IMG/VR virus record: IMGVR_UViG_3300044858_003017
Length of the DNA stretch: 64,000 nucleotides
Direction: 5' to 3' (one strand)
Source of the DNA: a virus
Part shown: one piece after another, positions 41,341 through 51,494 of the stretch
How the letters are laid out: each line of letters opens with the position of its first letter
Numbering within the stretch: position 1 is the first letter of the stretch
Program-made: the position numbers and the translations under genes
Notes under the pieces: model-generated
What the model was told of the DNA's origin: nothing
The model's database searches: none
Seen by the model: the letters and a program-made list of their open reading frames with translations, nothing else

Positions 41341-41802
41341 TTAACTTCCAGAGCCTGTACTAATCATTAAATAACTGCCACTTCTCCATAATTGATTTAC
41401 AACTCCCGGATTTGTAGTAGGTAACGATGCTGTATACATAAATACGGTTCCTTGTGTAATAAATGTGCTAGAAACATTTACATAATTAAATGAACCGGTT
41501 GTCGTTTGTGATATAGATCCAGTTACATATGATGAAGTTGTTGCATATGATGCAGAAACTGCATTACGGACATATGATGCCGTAACAGCATATGAAGAAC
41601 TAACAGCATTCAATACATATGACGCAGTAGTAGCAGTTCCGGTTAATGTACCAATAATACTTCCTGTTATGTTTAATGAACCGGATATAGAAACCGATTC
41701 AATTACATTACCAGTAAATACATCGTATAAATCTTTAACAAAACTAGCAGAAATTAATCCACCAGCAACAATTTGCGAACGATTTGTATTCAATACGCCC
41801 AT
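41341..41802 (-). CDS. Small fibre-like protein with (T/S)ASY repeats
   Basis: TASYVLNAVSSSYAVTASYVRNAVSASYATTSSYV; late motif ~41819-41827. Confidence 0.6.
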   Translation of the reverse strand: MGVLNTNRSQIVAGGLISASFVKDLYDVFTGNVIESVSISGSLNITGSIIGTLTGTATTASYVLNAVSSSYAVTASYVRNAVSASYATTSSYVTGSISQTTTGSFNYVNVSSTFITQGTVFMYTASLPTTNPGVVNQLWRSGSYLMISTGSGS

Positions 41803-41834
41803 TATGATCCTTTTTACATATAAATATCAAAGGA

Positions 41835-43718
41835 TTAATAATTTACAACTCTACCTCGAATATCTTGATTAGGAAATTTAATTTCAAAAATACTAGGATC
41901 CAATGATGGATATATTACACCATTTTTTGTAGCAGTATCAATATCATAAATATTTCCAGAATAATTTAATGTAGTATCAAATAAATTTGTAATTTGTATG
42001 TTAATAATATTTTGAACGCCTTGAACGTTTGCCAAAACATTCATGATATCTGATTTAACAATTGGTTGATTAATTTGCCAAACATCTGGATCGAAATATA
42101 TTTTTAATGTGTCTATACATTTTAACAATACTTCATTGCTGTTATAATTAGATAAAACTGAAATTTCAAACTCAACGCCAATATTAATAATAAAAGCATC
42201 TTTGATATTTATAGCATCTGTTAAAATTCTATAATAATTCAAATATGTTTTTAAATTTTCTTTGATTGCTTGATTTAATTGTGTTAGTTGTTTAGATGAA
42301 TTATAACCTAAAACATACATATTCAATGCTAAAGGATTTGGAACTCGTCTATCAATTAACTCTTGTTGAACAATTTGATCGTCTGGTACAATATATGTTT
42401 TTGATACACTACCAAATTTTGGTGGCATCGAATATGCACGTATTATGTAGTCTTCTCTAGTTACAGAACGATTTTGTGTTGCAAAATTAGCTAATGCGTG
42501 ATTTTTAATGTCTTGTATTGTTTCTACATTTTTTGCACCAACTGCAGGCGTTTCATTATTTACCGATACAGAATTTTTTGCAAAGTTAACCATACTTGCA
42601 TTATTAGTAGAATTTATATCTTGTACATATTCAATTGATTTAATGTTAGTTAACGTATTTGCAGCAACATTTTCATCAATTCCTGTGCTAGTAGTATATG
42701 TTACTGTTAATGTTGTATTTGCTGGTGCTTGTCCATATGTTCTAGTATATAAAAAATTAGATGGGTCGATGTCAACATCAATTGCACGACGAAATCCAGC
42801 TAATCCATTTCCAACATTATCTGGATTAGGAACAATTTCTTCATCGTTATTACTAGAAATACCAGCACCAAATTGTAATTCCATTTTGTTATCGCTACGC
42901 AATCTTGTTATAAATCGTTTTGCAGCTCTTCGAAGTTTTAATAAACTAGGCGCAGCATCTCGATATGCGTATAATGTAGGATCATTTTCTGCAATATTAG
43001 GTACAGATTCAAAAATTGTATCTTGAGCTAAATATGGTACTTCATACCAAGCATCACCATCTGATTCTACAACCGATACTATTTCGACTACATTTGTATC
43101 AGGCAATACAATCTTATCATATGGAATTGGAGTAGTAAATGTATATGTTGCAGTAACAACATTTCCTGATACTGCCCTTACTTGTTTTTTTAACAAATAA
43201 TATATTGGATCATTTGTAACTGTATTTGTTTGGAACACGGTTACCGTGGTTGGATTATTACTAGAAGAAAATGCAAAATCAACAGACTCCAATGTGCGAA
43301 ATTCAACGTTGCCTGTTTGTTGTTTTACTTGCATGCCTGGTTTAATTGATAATGCATAATTAAAATCAGGTCTAGTATTTGATCCAGAGCTTATAGCAGG
43401 TACTAATTGAAATACATCTAAATCAACATATGCCGGTATTGCATTTTTTGGTTTATATCCTAACGCTCTTGCTAAATCATATACATTTGCTCGTTCGGTA
43501 GCTTGTTCTAATAACGATTCTTTTAAATTAGTATCAGCATAGTATGACAAAACATCGCCAACATATGCAGATAATTCCAAGAACAACATACCAGGAGATG
43601 ATTCATTAAAATCAGTATAGGTTTGTGGAAAGTATTGTTTTGTAAAATCAATTAGATTTTTTCTAAATTGACCAAAATCTTTTCCTAAATATGATACATC
43701 TCGTTTTTTTAGTTCCAT
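41835..43718 (-). CDS. Baseplate wedge protein (T4 gp6-like)
   Basis: YLGKDF..FR.NL, DFNESSPGM, AYVGDVLSYY, LGYKP, QFGAG, QNRSVTREDY. Confidence 0.88.
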   Translation of the reverse strand: MELKKRDVSYLGKDFGQFRKNLIDFTKQYFPQTYTDFNESSPGMLFLELSAYVGDVLSYYADTNLKESLLEQATERANVYDLARALGYKPKNAIPAYVDLDVFQLVPAISSGSNTRPDFNYALSIKPGMQVKQQTGNVEFRTLESVDFAFSSSNNPTTVTVFQTNTVTNDPIYYLLKKQVRAVSGNVVTATYTFTTPIPYDKIVLPDTNVVEIVSVVESDGDAWYEVPYLAQDTIFESVPNIAENDPTLYAYRDAAPSLLKLRRAAKRFITRLRSDNKMELQFGAGISSNNDEEIVPNPDNVGNGLAGFRRAIDVDIDPSNFLYTRTYGQAPANTTLTVTYTTSTGIDENVAANTLTNIKSIEYVQDINSTNNASMVNFAKNSVSVNNETPAVGAKNVETIQDIKNHALANFATQNRSVTREDYIIRAYSMPPKFGSVSKTYIVPDDQIVQQELIDRRVPNPLALNMYVLGYNSSKQLTQLNQAIKENLKTYLNYYRILTDAINIKDAFIINIGVEFEISVLSNYNSNEVLLKCIDTLKIYFDPDVWQINQPIVKSDIMNVLANVQGVQNIINIQITNLFDTTLNYSGNIYDIDTATKNGVIYPSLDPSIFEIKFPNQDIRGRVVNY

Positions 43719-43719
43719 G

Positions 43720-44163
43720 TTAATCTATCCGTAATATTCCATTTTCAGCTGCAAATATTACTATAGTATTAGTTTCAATCGATCCAAAGACTGAAAACTC
43801 TATAGTAATTTTTACGGTATGTTCTGGTATAATTTCACTTGAATTTATGTTTATGTCTAACGTTTCAATTGTTAAATACGGTAACCAATATGAAACTGCA
43901 GTTCGTATTATATCATTTATGTCATTAATTAAATAATCAGTCATTGGTTGAAATAATACATTTAATAAATTACAACCAAATTCTGGATGATATAATCGTT
44001 CGCCTTTTCTTGTTAACAATAAATTACGAAAATTATCTCGGGCTTGTTGCGTACTAGTATAATTTGTTGTAAAAATACCAACTCCATTAAACGTGGCCTT
44101 AATACCTAATGGTATAGGATTTGCTGATGGTATATCAATATTGGTATCTATTACATACGCCAT
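43720..44163 (-). CDS. Baseplate wedge/sheath initiator (gp25-like)
   Basis: NLLLTRKGERLYHPEFGCNL..LF. Confidence 0.9.
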   Translation of the reverse strand: MAYVIDTNIDIPSANPIPLGIKATFNGVGIFTTNYTSTQQARDNFRNLLLTRKGERLYHPEFGCNLLNVLFQPMTDYLINDINDIIRTAVSYWLPYLTIETLDININSSEIIPEHTVKITIEFSVFGSIETNTIVIFAAENGILRID

Positions 44164-44696
44164 TATCTACCTTTTTTATTGTTAATTGCTTTCATTAAAG
44201 CCGAATAATCTCGAGTCATTGCTTGTTGTACTTCTTGCGGAACTTCAAACGTTTTGCCTGTTTCTGGATCTTCCATAACCTTAGGAGCAGCAGGTGCCAT
44301 TCCCATTGCTTCTTTCATATTTTGTCGCATTGCTCCAAAATTAGCTGCATCGCGCGATGTCATTCTAATTTCTTCCATTCCTTCGTTCATAATATCTTTA
44401 AAACTGTTCATAGCCATAGGTTGTTGTTCTACCAAAGCATCAGTTTCATTTAAAATATCTGCCCAACGATTTTCAGTAAAAAGTACTTTTTGTTTTTTTA
44501 CTGATTCGTTAACCTTTTTAGGTTCAACTCGTATTACTTTATCTGAATCTATTTTAACAGATTTTGCTATACTTTTAAGATCTGCCATTTCTACAATTGT
44601 AGATTGTAATCCTTCTCGAAGAATTTCAGTTAATTCCTCCTTTATAACTTCACGTACGGCAACTTTAAGTGCTTTTACTAATGTTTTTGAATCCAT
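44163..44696 (-). CDS. Hypothetical protein
   Basis: AVREVIKEEL, ILNET, RDYSALMKA; late motif 44710-44718. Confidence 0.65.
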   Translation of the reverse strand: MDSKTLVKALKVAVREVIKEELTEILREGLQSTIVEMADLKSIAKSVKIDSDKVIRVEPKKVNESVKKQKVLFTENRWADILNETDALVEQQPMAMNSFKDIMNEGMEEIRMTSRDAANFGAMRQNMKEAMGMAPAAPKVMEDPETGKTFEVPQEVQQAMTRDYSALMKAINNKKGR

Positions 44697-44723
44697 ATGA
44701 ATACTTTTATATAAATATTAGGT

Positions 44724-45536
44724 TTAATAATTTATACCACGTGGCCATTCTGTTCTTATGACTTTTGGACCATAAATAATTCGATTAACAGTATCAATAA
44801 AATAATCTCCTGGTTTTCCTAGGTCTGATTGCGGTGCGGCTTTGCCTTCATAAACTTTACTAGGAGCTTCTTGTAATGATGCTAATAAATCTTGTTGTTG
44901 TTCTACTAAATTTTGAATAGTGTCATTTCGTTCTATTAAATCAGAATCAGATACATTGGCCGTATTATAAAATTCAGTTTCAGTATCTTGTAAATTAGTT
45001 GGCGTTAATTCATTTGGCAATTCGTATTGTGTTTGTTCTGTATCGCAAACTGTAGATAATGTATCTAATGAATTATTTAATGGTAAACTAATACCAACTA
45101 ATGCTCCTTTTAAAATTTCTGGAATTTGTGCCAATTGATTAATTGCCTGTACAGAATTAGCAATCGTCATGTTTTGTACCGCTAATAATTCTGCTGCAAT
45201 TATTGCAGGTGCAGTAACTGGATTAAGTAATTGTGCAGCTTTAATTGCCTGCGCCGTAGTTACTGCTGCTTGTAATCCTGAGACAACTGGTTGAATTTTG
45301 CTTGGTAACTGTTGCAACTTAGTTATTGAATCTAACACGTTTGCTAAATCTTCTTTTGCTTGTTTTGTTTTAGGATCATCGCAACCAGTTGTTTCTGAAA
45401 TTTTGTTTGTTGATTCTAATAAATTATTAATATCGGATACTAATTTAGAAACTTGAGTATTAACTTGATTCATTAATAAACTAACACCCTTTGCTGGCAA
45501 TGCTGGTATTTTGTCTAATGGTGGTGTAACTGGCAT
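44724..45536 (-). CDS. Baseplate-region hypothetical protein
   Basis: Helical N-part; C-terminal GKPGDYFID...YGPK motif. Confidence 0.55.
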   Translation of the reverse strand: MPVTPPLDKIPALPAKGVSLLMNQVNTQVSKLVSDINNLLESTNKISETTGCDDPKTKQAKEDLANVLDSITKLQQLPSKIQPVVSGLQAAVTTAQAIKAAQLLNPVTAPAIIAAELLAVQNMTIANSVQAINQLAQIPEILKGALVGISLPLNNSLDTLSTVCDTEQTQYELPNELTPTNLQDTETEFYNTANVSDSDLIERNDTIQNLVEQQQDLLASLQEAPSKVYEGKAAPQSDLGKPGDYFIDTVNRIIYGPKVIRTEWPRGINY

Positions 45537-45538
45537 AC

Positions 45539-46573
45539 TTATCCTTTACGTATAAAATAATTTGTACTTAATAGTGAATTTAATTTTGTTCTAGCAGATG
45601 CAATTCCGGCCGTATTAATAAATTGACTAGTAATGCCAGCTGTGCCTACGGTACCCGAACTCAATGTCGATAAGATATCGTTTAATATCTCATACAGAAC
45701 TTTTCCGTGCGGTATTGGTTCGCCGGCAGCATCGTTACCCATATAAATTTTAGGTGCATTTAACACAATCGCCTTAGGCGAATCGATAACTGCAATGTCT
45801 GTTTTTGCAGTTAAAATAATTCTATCTGCAGATCCTAATAATTGAGACTTATTAAAATTTGATTCAGATTTAAATTTAGTTAATGGTTGTTTTTTAGAAT
45901 TTATACCTAAATAAAAATTAGGAAGTTTTTGCGTAGTTGTTAAATATATTGATGCTGGATCTTGTTTTATATCTTCAACTACAAATTGTTTATTGTTTTT
46001 ATTTTTTTGTCCGTTAGAAATAATTGTAATTGGATCACCCACATTATCGCCAATCCAAGTTGAATTTAGTAATCCTGGTTGTGATGTTACAGTACTACCT
46101 ATACGTATTGAATTGCCAAATCGTCCTTCAATAATTAAATCACCCTCATATGGTTGCAATGGCGATATAGACATCGGTTTAAAAACATTACCTGGTTTAA
46201 TTTCGCGGGCTTGTTCTTCGGATATTGTCGAGCCATAAGATATTCCAGGAACTAAATTTGCATTTACTGAAGATTGAATCGAATATGGATTCAAATAATA
46301 CCATTCAATGTTAGTGCCATCCAATGTAGTTTCTTGACTATATGCTCGAAAAATTAAAACATGTTCTCCAATTAACGGAATTTGTTTAAAATTCATATTA
46401 AATGGTCTACACGTATAAACATCAAATTGTTTGGTAAATCTATTAATAACTCGAACTTGAATCGTAAACAATTTGTTTGTAGTCGACACAGAACCGGATG
46501 CAATATATTTTAATGTATTGTCATACCCCGTTACAACTTCGCCAACCAAAAACAGAATGCTATCTTCATTCAT
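45539..46573 (-). CDS. Baseplate hub/spike protein (gp5-like)
   Basis: PLIGEHVLI OB-fold motif, YY, EGDLIIEGRFGNSIRIGS, beta-repeat tail. Confidence 0.65.
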   Translation of the reverse strand: MNEDSILFLVGEVVTGYDNTLKYIASGSVSTTNKLFTIQVRVINRFTKQFDVYTCRPFNMNFKQIPLIGEHVLIFRAYSQETTLDGTNIEWYYLNPYSIQSSVNANLVPGISYGSTISEEQAREIKPGNVFKPMSISPLQPYEGDLIIEGRFGNSIRIGSTVTSQPGLLNSTWIGDNVGDPITIISNGQKNKNNKQFVVEDIKQDPASIYLTTTQKLPNFYLGINSKKQPLTKFKSESNFNKSQLLGSADRIILTAKTDIAVIDSPKAIVLNAPKIYMGNDAAGEPIPHGKVLYEILNDILSTLSSGTVGTAGITSQFINTAGIASARTKLNSLLSTNYFIRKG

Positions 46574-46997
46574 TGTTTTCCTTTTGCGATTTATTCATTG
46601 ACTCAATGCGTTGTTTTAACGCAGCAGATTCTTGTTCAATTGAATCTAATTCATCGGTTAATTCTGAAGATAATGTTTGTTCAGCAACACGTAGTAATTG
46701 TTGTTTTTCTTCTTCACTTAACAAACTATCAGCACCTGATATTGTTTGCTTGGTTGAAATGTATCGTTGTACGATTGCAGTTAGTTTAACTAAATGGTCA
46801 TCATTTTTAACTGCAACGTCTAAATATTCTTTAATTAATGGCACAATGATAGTAGCATCCGATGCATTTTTAATTAACGGTTGCAATTGTGCAATAAGCT
46901 GATTTATTTGTCGATCTTTCTTTTTTGAATTGTGATATACATCGGACATTAAGTCAGCAAAGGTGGTTCCTTTGAATAATTCATCATTTTTGTCCAT
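46566..46997 (-). CDS. Hypothetical protein
   Basis: 143 aa, IVPLIKEYLDVAVKNDDHLVKL; late motif 47014-47022. Confidence 0.65.
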   Translation of the reverse strand: MDKNDELFKGTTFADLMSDVYHNSKKKDRQINQLIAQLQPLIKNASDATIIVPLIKEYLDVAVKNDDHLVKLTAIVQRYISTKQTISGADSLLSEEEKQQLLRVAEQTLSSELTDELDSIEQESAALKQRIESMNKSQKENNE

Positions 46998-47021
46998 ACA
47001 TAAAACCCTTTAAAATAAATA

Positions 47022-47717
47022 TCAAAAAGGCAATTTTATGAAGTTTGTTTGTTCATACTGTTTAAATTTGTCATCATAAATTTGCTTAAGTACTTTTACA
47101 ACGCGAGTAATATTAGTAGTTTCTAATCCAGATCGTTCGCGGATAAGTATATACAATGCCTTTTTATTGAATTCCGCAATATTTTCTCGAGTTTCAAAAA
47201 TATGTAATACTGAGTCTGCTACATGAATGTCGGTTGAATTTGAAAAAATATAATTTAAATTTTCAAAACAAAAATCAACATACGCATCCATAAATTCTTG
47301 TAGCGTTTCGCGCATTTCATCGTTATGTATTTCTGTAATAACATTGCGTTGTTCATCAACATCAATTTCTAATGCATCGGACTTTAATTTATTATAACCT
47401 TTTTGATTTTCTGCAATCAAATAATTAAATGATGTTCTAGTATAATATGAATATGCTTTTCCTGACAATGGATTAAATTTATCTAATCGAGCAGTTAAAT
47501 ATGTAACTAAATCGGTTTGTAAATCTCGAAATGACGAATCAATATAATCAGGCTTAACCTTATTAATAATATTTTCAGTTAGTTTCATGAATGCCGGATA
47601 AATGAATCTACGATAAATTTTTTCTCGTTGTGCTACATGATTAGATTTATTATATGCGGATATTGCAATGTCTGTTATTTTCGTAAAATATGATTTACTT
47701 TTTTTCTTCCTGACCAT
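47022..47717 (-). CDS. Late-transcription sigma factor (T4 gp55-like)
   Basis: YFT...IYPAFMKLTENII...KFNPLSGKAYSYYTR..FNYLI resembles sigma region 2 of gp55-type factors. Confidence 0.65.
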   Translation of the reverse strand: MVRKKKSKSYFTKITDIAISAYNKSNHVAQREKIYRRFIYPAFMKLTENIINKVKPDYIDSSFRDLQTDLVTYLTARLDKFNPLSGKAYSYYTRTSFNYLIAENQKGYNKLKSDALEIDVDEQRNVITEIHNDEMRETLQEFMDAYVDFCFENLNYIFSNSTDIHVADSVLHIFETRENIAEFNKKALYILIRERSGLETTNITRVVKVLKQIYDDKFKQYEQTNFIKLPF

Positions 47718-48012
47718 CAAATTGTTCCTTAAGATTTGTAATTACTTCATTTAATAAAGCAAATGTAGTACCTGCCTCATCCTCCGATTCAAATGCACCC
47801 AAATGATCAAGCTTTTTCATAGTTTCATATGCATCAACTATTTTTCCATACATGAATTCATTTGTTAATTCCAATGAACGTACATAGTCATCTGTTTGTT
47901 CTTGAATATCGCCAACTATTCCAGCAAGGAACCATACGCGATATCCTAAATATATGCTAACACCGAGTAGCAATATTGTTGTTATGATAAAAAATAACAT
48001 GTTATTCTCCAT
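47695..48012 (-). CDS. Membrane-anchored hypothetical protein
   Basis: N-terminal TM; GAFESEDEAG motif. Confidence 0.65.
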   Translation of the reverse strand: MENNMLFFIITTILLLGVSIYLGYRVWFLAGIVGDIQEQTDDYVRSLELTNEFMYGKIVDAYETMKKLDHLGAFESEDEAGTTFALLNEVITNLKEQFDGQEEKK

Positions 48013-48778
48013 TAAATGCTTTGAAAATATCCGTTAATGTTCGTTCAACATCTGGATTATTTTCAGCTAGATTTTTTAATCCCGTAGATTTTTGTGCTCT
48101 GCTTTTTTCTGAAACTGGTTTGGGAGTAACTTTATCTTTATTTCTCCAACGCTCAAATTCAATTTGTGCTGCCATATGATCTGCATGATGCAAAATGATA
48201 GGTAAATTTGTTTTTAATTTGGCTTGTGCTGAGCGAGCAACATAATAAGGCTTATTTGCATCATCATACATTCCATCATGAATTTTAATTGCCTGATATT
48301 CATTCCAAGACATTTTAACATCATATTCTTGTAGCAACCAAATTGAAAGGTCTGGTACCATAGTGAATGGAATATTTTCATTATGGCGATACAATTTGTT
48401 TTGATTTTTGCGATGCCAATCTGAAGTTTCTACTTGATATACTTCATTACCTTCGCCTGGAAATCCTACTTTACCTAAATCGTGATGCATTGCAGCAAAC
48501 ATTAATTCTTCCAAGGTATATCCGGACATATCTGCACCCGATGATTGCCATGTTGCATATAACGTTTTAGCACAATCCATTACGCGAAGTACGTGATCTA
48601 CATACCCTCCGGCAAATGCATTATGAAAATGTGCAATGGATGAAGCCGGCATCATAACAATGCGATCTTCTAATTCATCATACATTTTATGTAATTGTGC
48701 TGTTCTTGTTGGAAAGAATGTGTCAATTTCTTTGCGAAACTGTTCCCAGTTTGATTTGATTTTTTCTGCTTGTAACAT
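48002..48778 (-). CDS. HD-domain phosphohydrolase
   Basis: PAS...HNAFAGGYVDH, HHDLGK, HDG, HHAD. Confidence 0.85.
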   Translation of the reverse strand: MLQAEKIKSNWEQFRKEIDTFFPTRTAQLHKMYDELEDRIVMMPASSIAHFHNAFAGGYVDHVLRVMDCAKTLYATWQSSGADMSGYTLEELMFAAMHHDLGKVGFPGEGNEVYQVETSDWHRKNQNKLYRHNENIPFTMVPDLSIWLLQEYDVKMSWNEYQAIKIHDGMYDDANKPYYVARSAQAKLKTNLPIILHHADHMAAQIEFERWRNKDKVTPKPVSEKSRAQKSTGLKNLAENNPDVERTLTDIFKAFNGE

Positions 48779-48794
48779 AACTTATTATATTGAT

Positions 48795-48983
48795 TTATTT
48801 TCGTATTTCCAATACTTGTCCATTAACAAGCTTTGACACACATTTATAACATGTAACGGCCGTTGCATTTACATCTACTTTTTGACAAATTTCATCGCAA
48901 TATTTGCATTGTAACTTTTTAAAGCCCTTAGGAGTAGGACTACTTTTTATTTTTCTCATTTGTTTTGGATTAACCGCGATCAA
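48795..48983 (-). CDS. Small zinc-ribbon protein
   Basis: CKYC...CYKC. Confidence 0.6.
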   Translation of the reverse strand: MIAVNPKQMRKIKSSPTPKGFKKLQCKYCDEICQKVDVNATAVTCYKCVSKLVNGQVLEIRK

Positions 48984-49161
48984 TAAAATAACGTGCTTCT
49001 TCTAATTTTTTAATTGCACGAGCTAAATTGTCTAATGTTGAATTTTTATCAATTTTACCTTCGGTAATTGCTTTACCTACATTTCTAACAATTTCTTTTG
49101 CATCTTCTACATTGTCAATAACATTGCTTTTGTACTTATACTTTGGATCATAACTTGGCAT
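48970..49161 (-). CDS. Hypothetical protein
   Basis: 63 aa; late motif ~49198-49206. Confidence 0.6.
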   Translation of the reverse strand: MPSYDPKYKYKSNVIDNVEDAKEIVRNVGKAITEGKIDKNSTLDNLARAIKKLEEARYFIDRG

Positions 49162-49207
49162 AATTTTACCTTTTATTTAATTATTAATATTATATATAAT
49201 AAATATA

Positions 49208-50233
49208 TTATTCTAAAATTAATTGAGTATTTTTACAATATTCAAAATTTAAATTGGTCAATGCTAATTCTTTTGCTTTTGCTTCAACCATAACATCAAG
49301 ATCAGCTACACCATACGTGTCTGGAAGCCGTGTAATATAATCGGCATGAGCCTGCTCCTTGATCTTGGTAAACTCCTTGTATTGTTTGTGAAAGGTAGGC
49401 CAATTGGGCAAGTCGGCAATGTCAATACCATGATGTTCAAACATACGCTCAATAAGAATCTGTGCTTCGCGTCGCCGGGACTCGCTGTAATGGGTACATT
49501 GAGTAACACCATGACGCTGCCAAGTCTCACGAGCCATAAAGAATGCTTCTTGTTCGGTCAGGTCACCGGTATTGAAAGTGTGATGCCAATAATCAAATGT
49601 AATCGGTATAGCAATCTCGGCATGTAACATTTCATACAACTCACGCACCGAATACATAGATGCCTTATCATCATTCTCAATAACCAAACGCGCCTTGCAA
49701 GAATCTGATAAACGATCATAGTTATGCAACCACCGTGCAATAGTACCAGGCTTATCATTGTAAGTAGCACCAACATGAATATTGATCTTGTTCTCAAAGC
49801 TAGGTGCAAAGCCCATCATATCAAAGAGCTCGGAATGCCGTTCGAGGCCAATAATAGAATTATCAACAACTACCGCATCGGGGCTACCAAGAATATGAAA
49901 TGGACCAGGATGCGTTGTAATGCGATGACCATGTGCCTTTGCATAATCACCTGCGGCACGAAGATGCTGAGCAATAAGATCGATGTCGGGCAAATCTTCA
50001 AGACGATAATGATTCCAACGCGGAAACAACTCGGAGCCTAAACGAAACAATCGTATACCATGTGCTTCATTCCATTGCAGAATAGTTAATAAATCACGAG
50101 CATTGGCAAGTGCAATATCAGATGCAAGCCGTAAGCCACCTAGTTTGAATTTGCGATCAATCATGGCACGTCCGGTACGAATACCTTGGGCGGATAACTC
50201 CATGTTGATACAAGCATAACCGAAACGAATCAT
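49208..50233 (-). CDS. uvsE: UV-damage endonuclease
   Basis: GYACIN, FRLGSELFP, HPG, NIHVG, ENDD, FDYWHH, HYSES, AHAD, MVEAKAKELA. Confidence 0.93.
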   Translation of the reverse strand: MIRFGYACINMELSAQGIRTGRAMIDRKFKLGGLRLASDIALANARDLLTILQWNEAHGIRLFRLGSELFPRWNHYRLEDLPDIDLIAQHLRAAGDYAKAHGHRITTHPGPFHILGSPDAVVVDNSIIGLERHSELFDMMGFAPSFENKINIHVGATYNDKPGTIARWLHNYDRLSDSCKARLVIENDDKASMYSVRELYEMLHAEIAIPITFDYWHHTFNTGDLTEQEAFFMARETWQRHGVTQCTHYSESRRREAQILIERMFEHHGIDIADLPNWPTFHKQYKEFTKIKEQAHADYITRLPDTYGVADLDVMVEAKAKELALTNLNFEYCKNTQLILE

Positions 50234-50247
50234 ATATGTTTTATTTT

Positions 50248-50308
50248 ATATTATGTAAAAAAAGTGAAAAATCCAAATAACATTATTTTTTTTTGCGTGA
50301 TATTTATA
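50248..50308. promoter_or_regulatory. Divergent promoter block: TTGGAT-N17-TAATAT (minus, uvsE) and late ATATTTATA (plus)
   Basis: 50248-50276 and 50300-50308; block repeated at 51383-51445. Confidence 0.65.
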
Positions 50309-50323
50309 TGTAGTAAAAAGGAT

Positions 50324-50845
50324 ATGATGATTAAATTAAAAAATTTATTAGCAGAAAACATGTTTCGATTTGGAACCAAAAATATTTCTGAATCGGCAGT
50401 ACGACAAAAATTAACAGAAGATTCAAATAGAAATATATTAATACTAACAATCTATTTGCCGCAACGATTAAATCCTACAACAAAACAATTAGAAGATGTA
50501 AAAGTTGGAACATGCAAATACGTATCTGTTGCTAGCAAATCGCCAGATGATACAACAGGTAAAGGTCTTACGACCGATGAATATGCAGGAATCAAAGGCC
50601 TTTTTATTAATGGAATTAGTGCAACACAAGTTACGAGTAAAAAAGATCCGTCGACGGGTAATATCTCAGGTACATTTACATTGACTGACAAAATTTATGA
50701 TTATTTAAAAGATTTTGTAGGGAAGCCAGCATCGGTTAAACAATCAGTGTATGGAAATGTTACTTTAGCCACCGGTGGTACTGAAGTTAAATATGCATCA
50801 TGGACTGTAGCAAAATATACAATACAAACTACAGCACCAAAATAA
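50324..50845 (+). CDS. Putative capsid-cargo protein (LLAENMxRFxTKN leader)
   Basis: Start MMIKLKNLLAE after late motif and AAAAGGA; leader shared with 51495..52811. Confidence 0.65.
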   Translation: MMIKLKNLLAENMFRFGTKNISESAVRQKLTEDSNRNILILTIYLPQRLNPTTKQLEDVKVGTCKYVSVASKSPDDTTGKGLTTDEYAGIKGLFINGISATQVTSKKDPSTGNISGTFTLTDKIYDYLKDFVGKPASVKQSVYGNVTLATGGTEVKYASWTVAKYTIQTTAPK

Positions 50846-50863
50846 TAAAACAAATAAACACAT

Positions 50864-50888
50864 AATGGGGGCCGAAGCCCCCATTTTT
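50864..50888. terminator. Terminator between convergent genes
   Basis: AATGGGGGC-CGAA-GCCCCCATT-TTT. Confidence 0.85.
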
Positions 50889-50889
50889 A

Positions 50890-51354
50890 CTAATTATTAA
50901 TATTAATTTTTACGCCAAGTGGCCATTGTATAACACGTTCATAAAATCCGCCTTCTAGATCATATACAAATGTATACATAAATATATTGCTTTCTACATC
51001 TAGCCAAATTTCGGTTTCGTTGGCACCATCTTGCAGTTTGACAACATACTCCCAATGATCAAATTCTGTTTTATATTGTGGCGTTAATTGTTCCATTGCA
51101 ATGATTGCCGCTTTGCCGGTTAATTCGTTTGCATAATATACGCGAACTTCCATGAGTTCAAAATCCATAACATAATGTGCATCTGTATCTTCATATGACA
51201 TTGTATCTGGACTATAAATTGCACTATCTAACGGAACTCGTGAAAATGTATGCGATTCAATAAATTTTGAAAAATATACATCAACAGACTTTGGTAAATC
51301 TTGTGCAAATGCTACATTACATAACAAACTGGCAACAATCAATAAACGTTTCAT
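50890..51354 (-). CDS. Secreted/periplasmic protein
   Basis: Signal peptide MKRLLIVASLLCNVAFA/Q; acidic beta-rich mature part. Confidence 0.7.
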   Translation of the reverse strand: MKRLLIVASLLCNVAFAQDLPKSVDVYFSKFIESHTFSRVPLDSAIYSPDTMSYEDTDAHYVMDFELMEVRVYYANELTGKAAIIAMEQLTPQYKTEFDHWEYVVKLQDGANETEIWLDVESNIFMYTFVYDLEGGFYERVIQWPLGVKININN

Positions 51355-51382
51355 AACTGGTTAATTTTTTAATTATATTTGT

Positions 51383-51445
51383 ATAATATGAAAATGTTTG
51401 CATGAATCCAAATATATTATTTTTTTTTTTTGATCGATATTTATT
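51383..51445. promoter_or_regulatory. Second divergent promoter block: TTGGAT-N17-TATTAT (minus) and late ATATTTATT (plus)
   Basis: Near copy of 50248-50308. Confidence 0.65.
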
Positions 51446-51494
51446 ATTGTAACATTGAAATATATATATTAGAAACCATAAAGGAATAAAAAAC

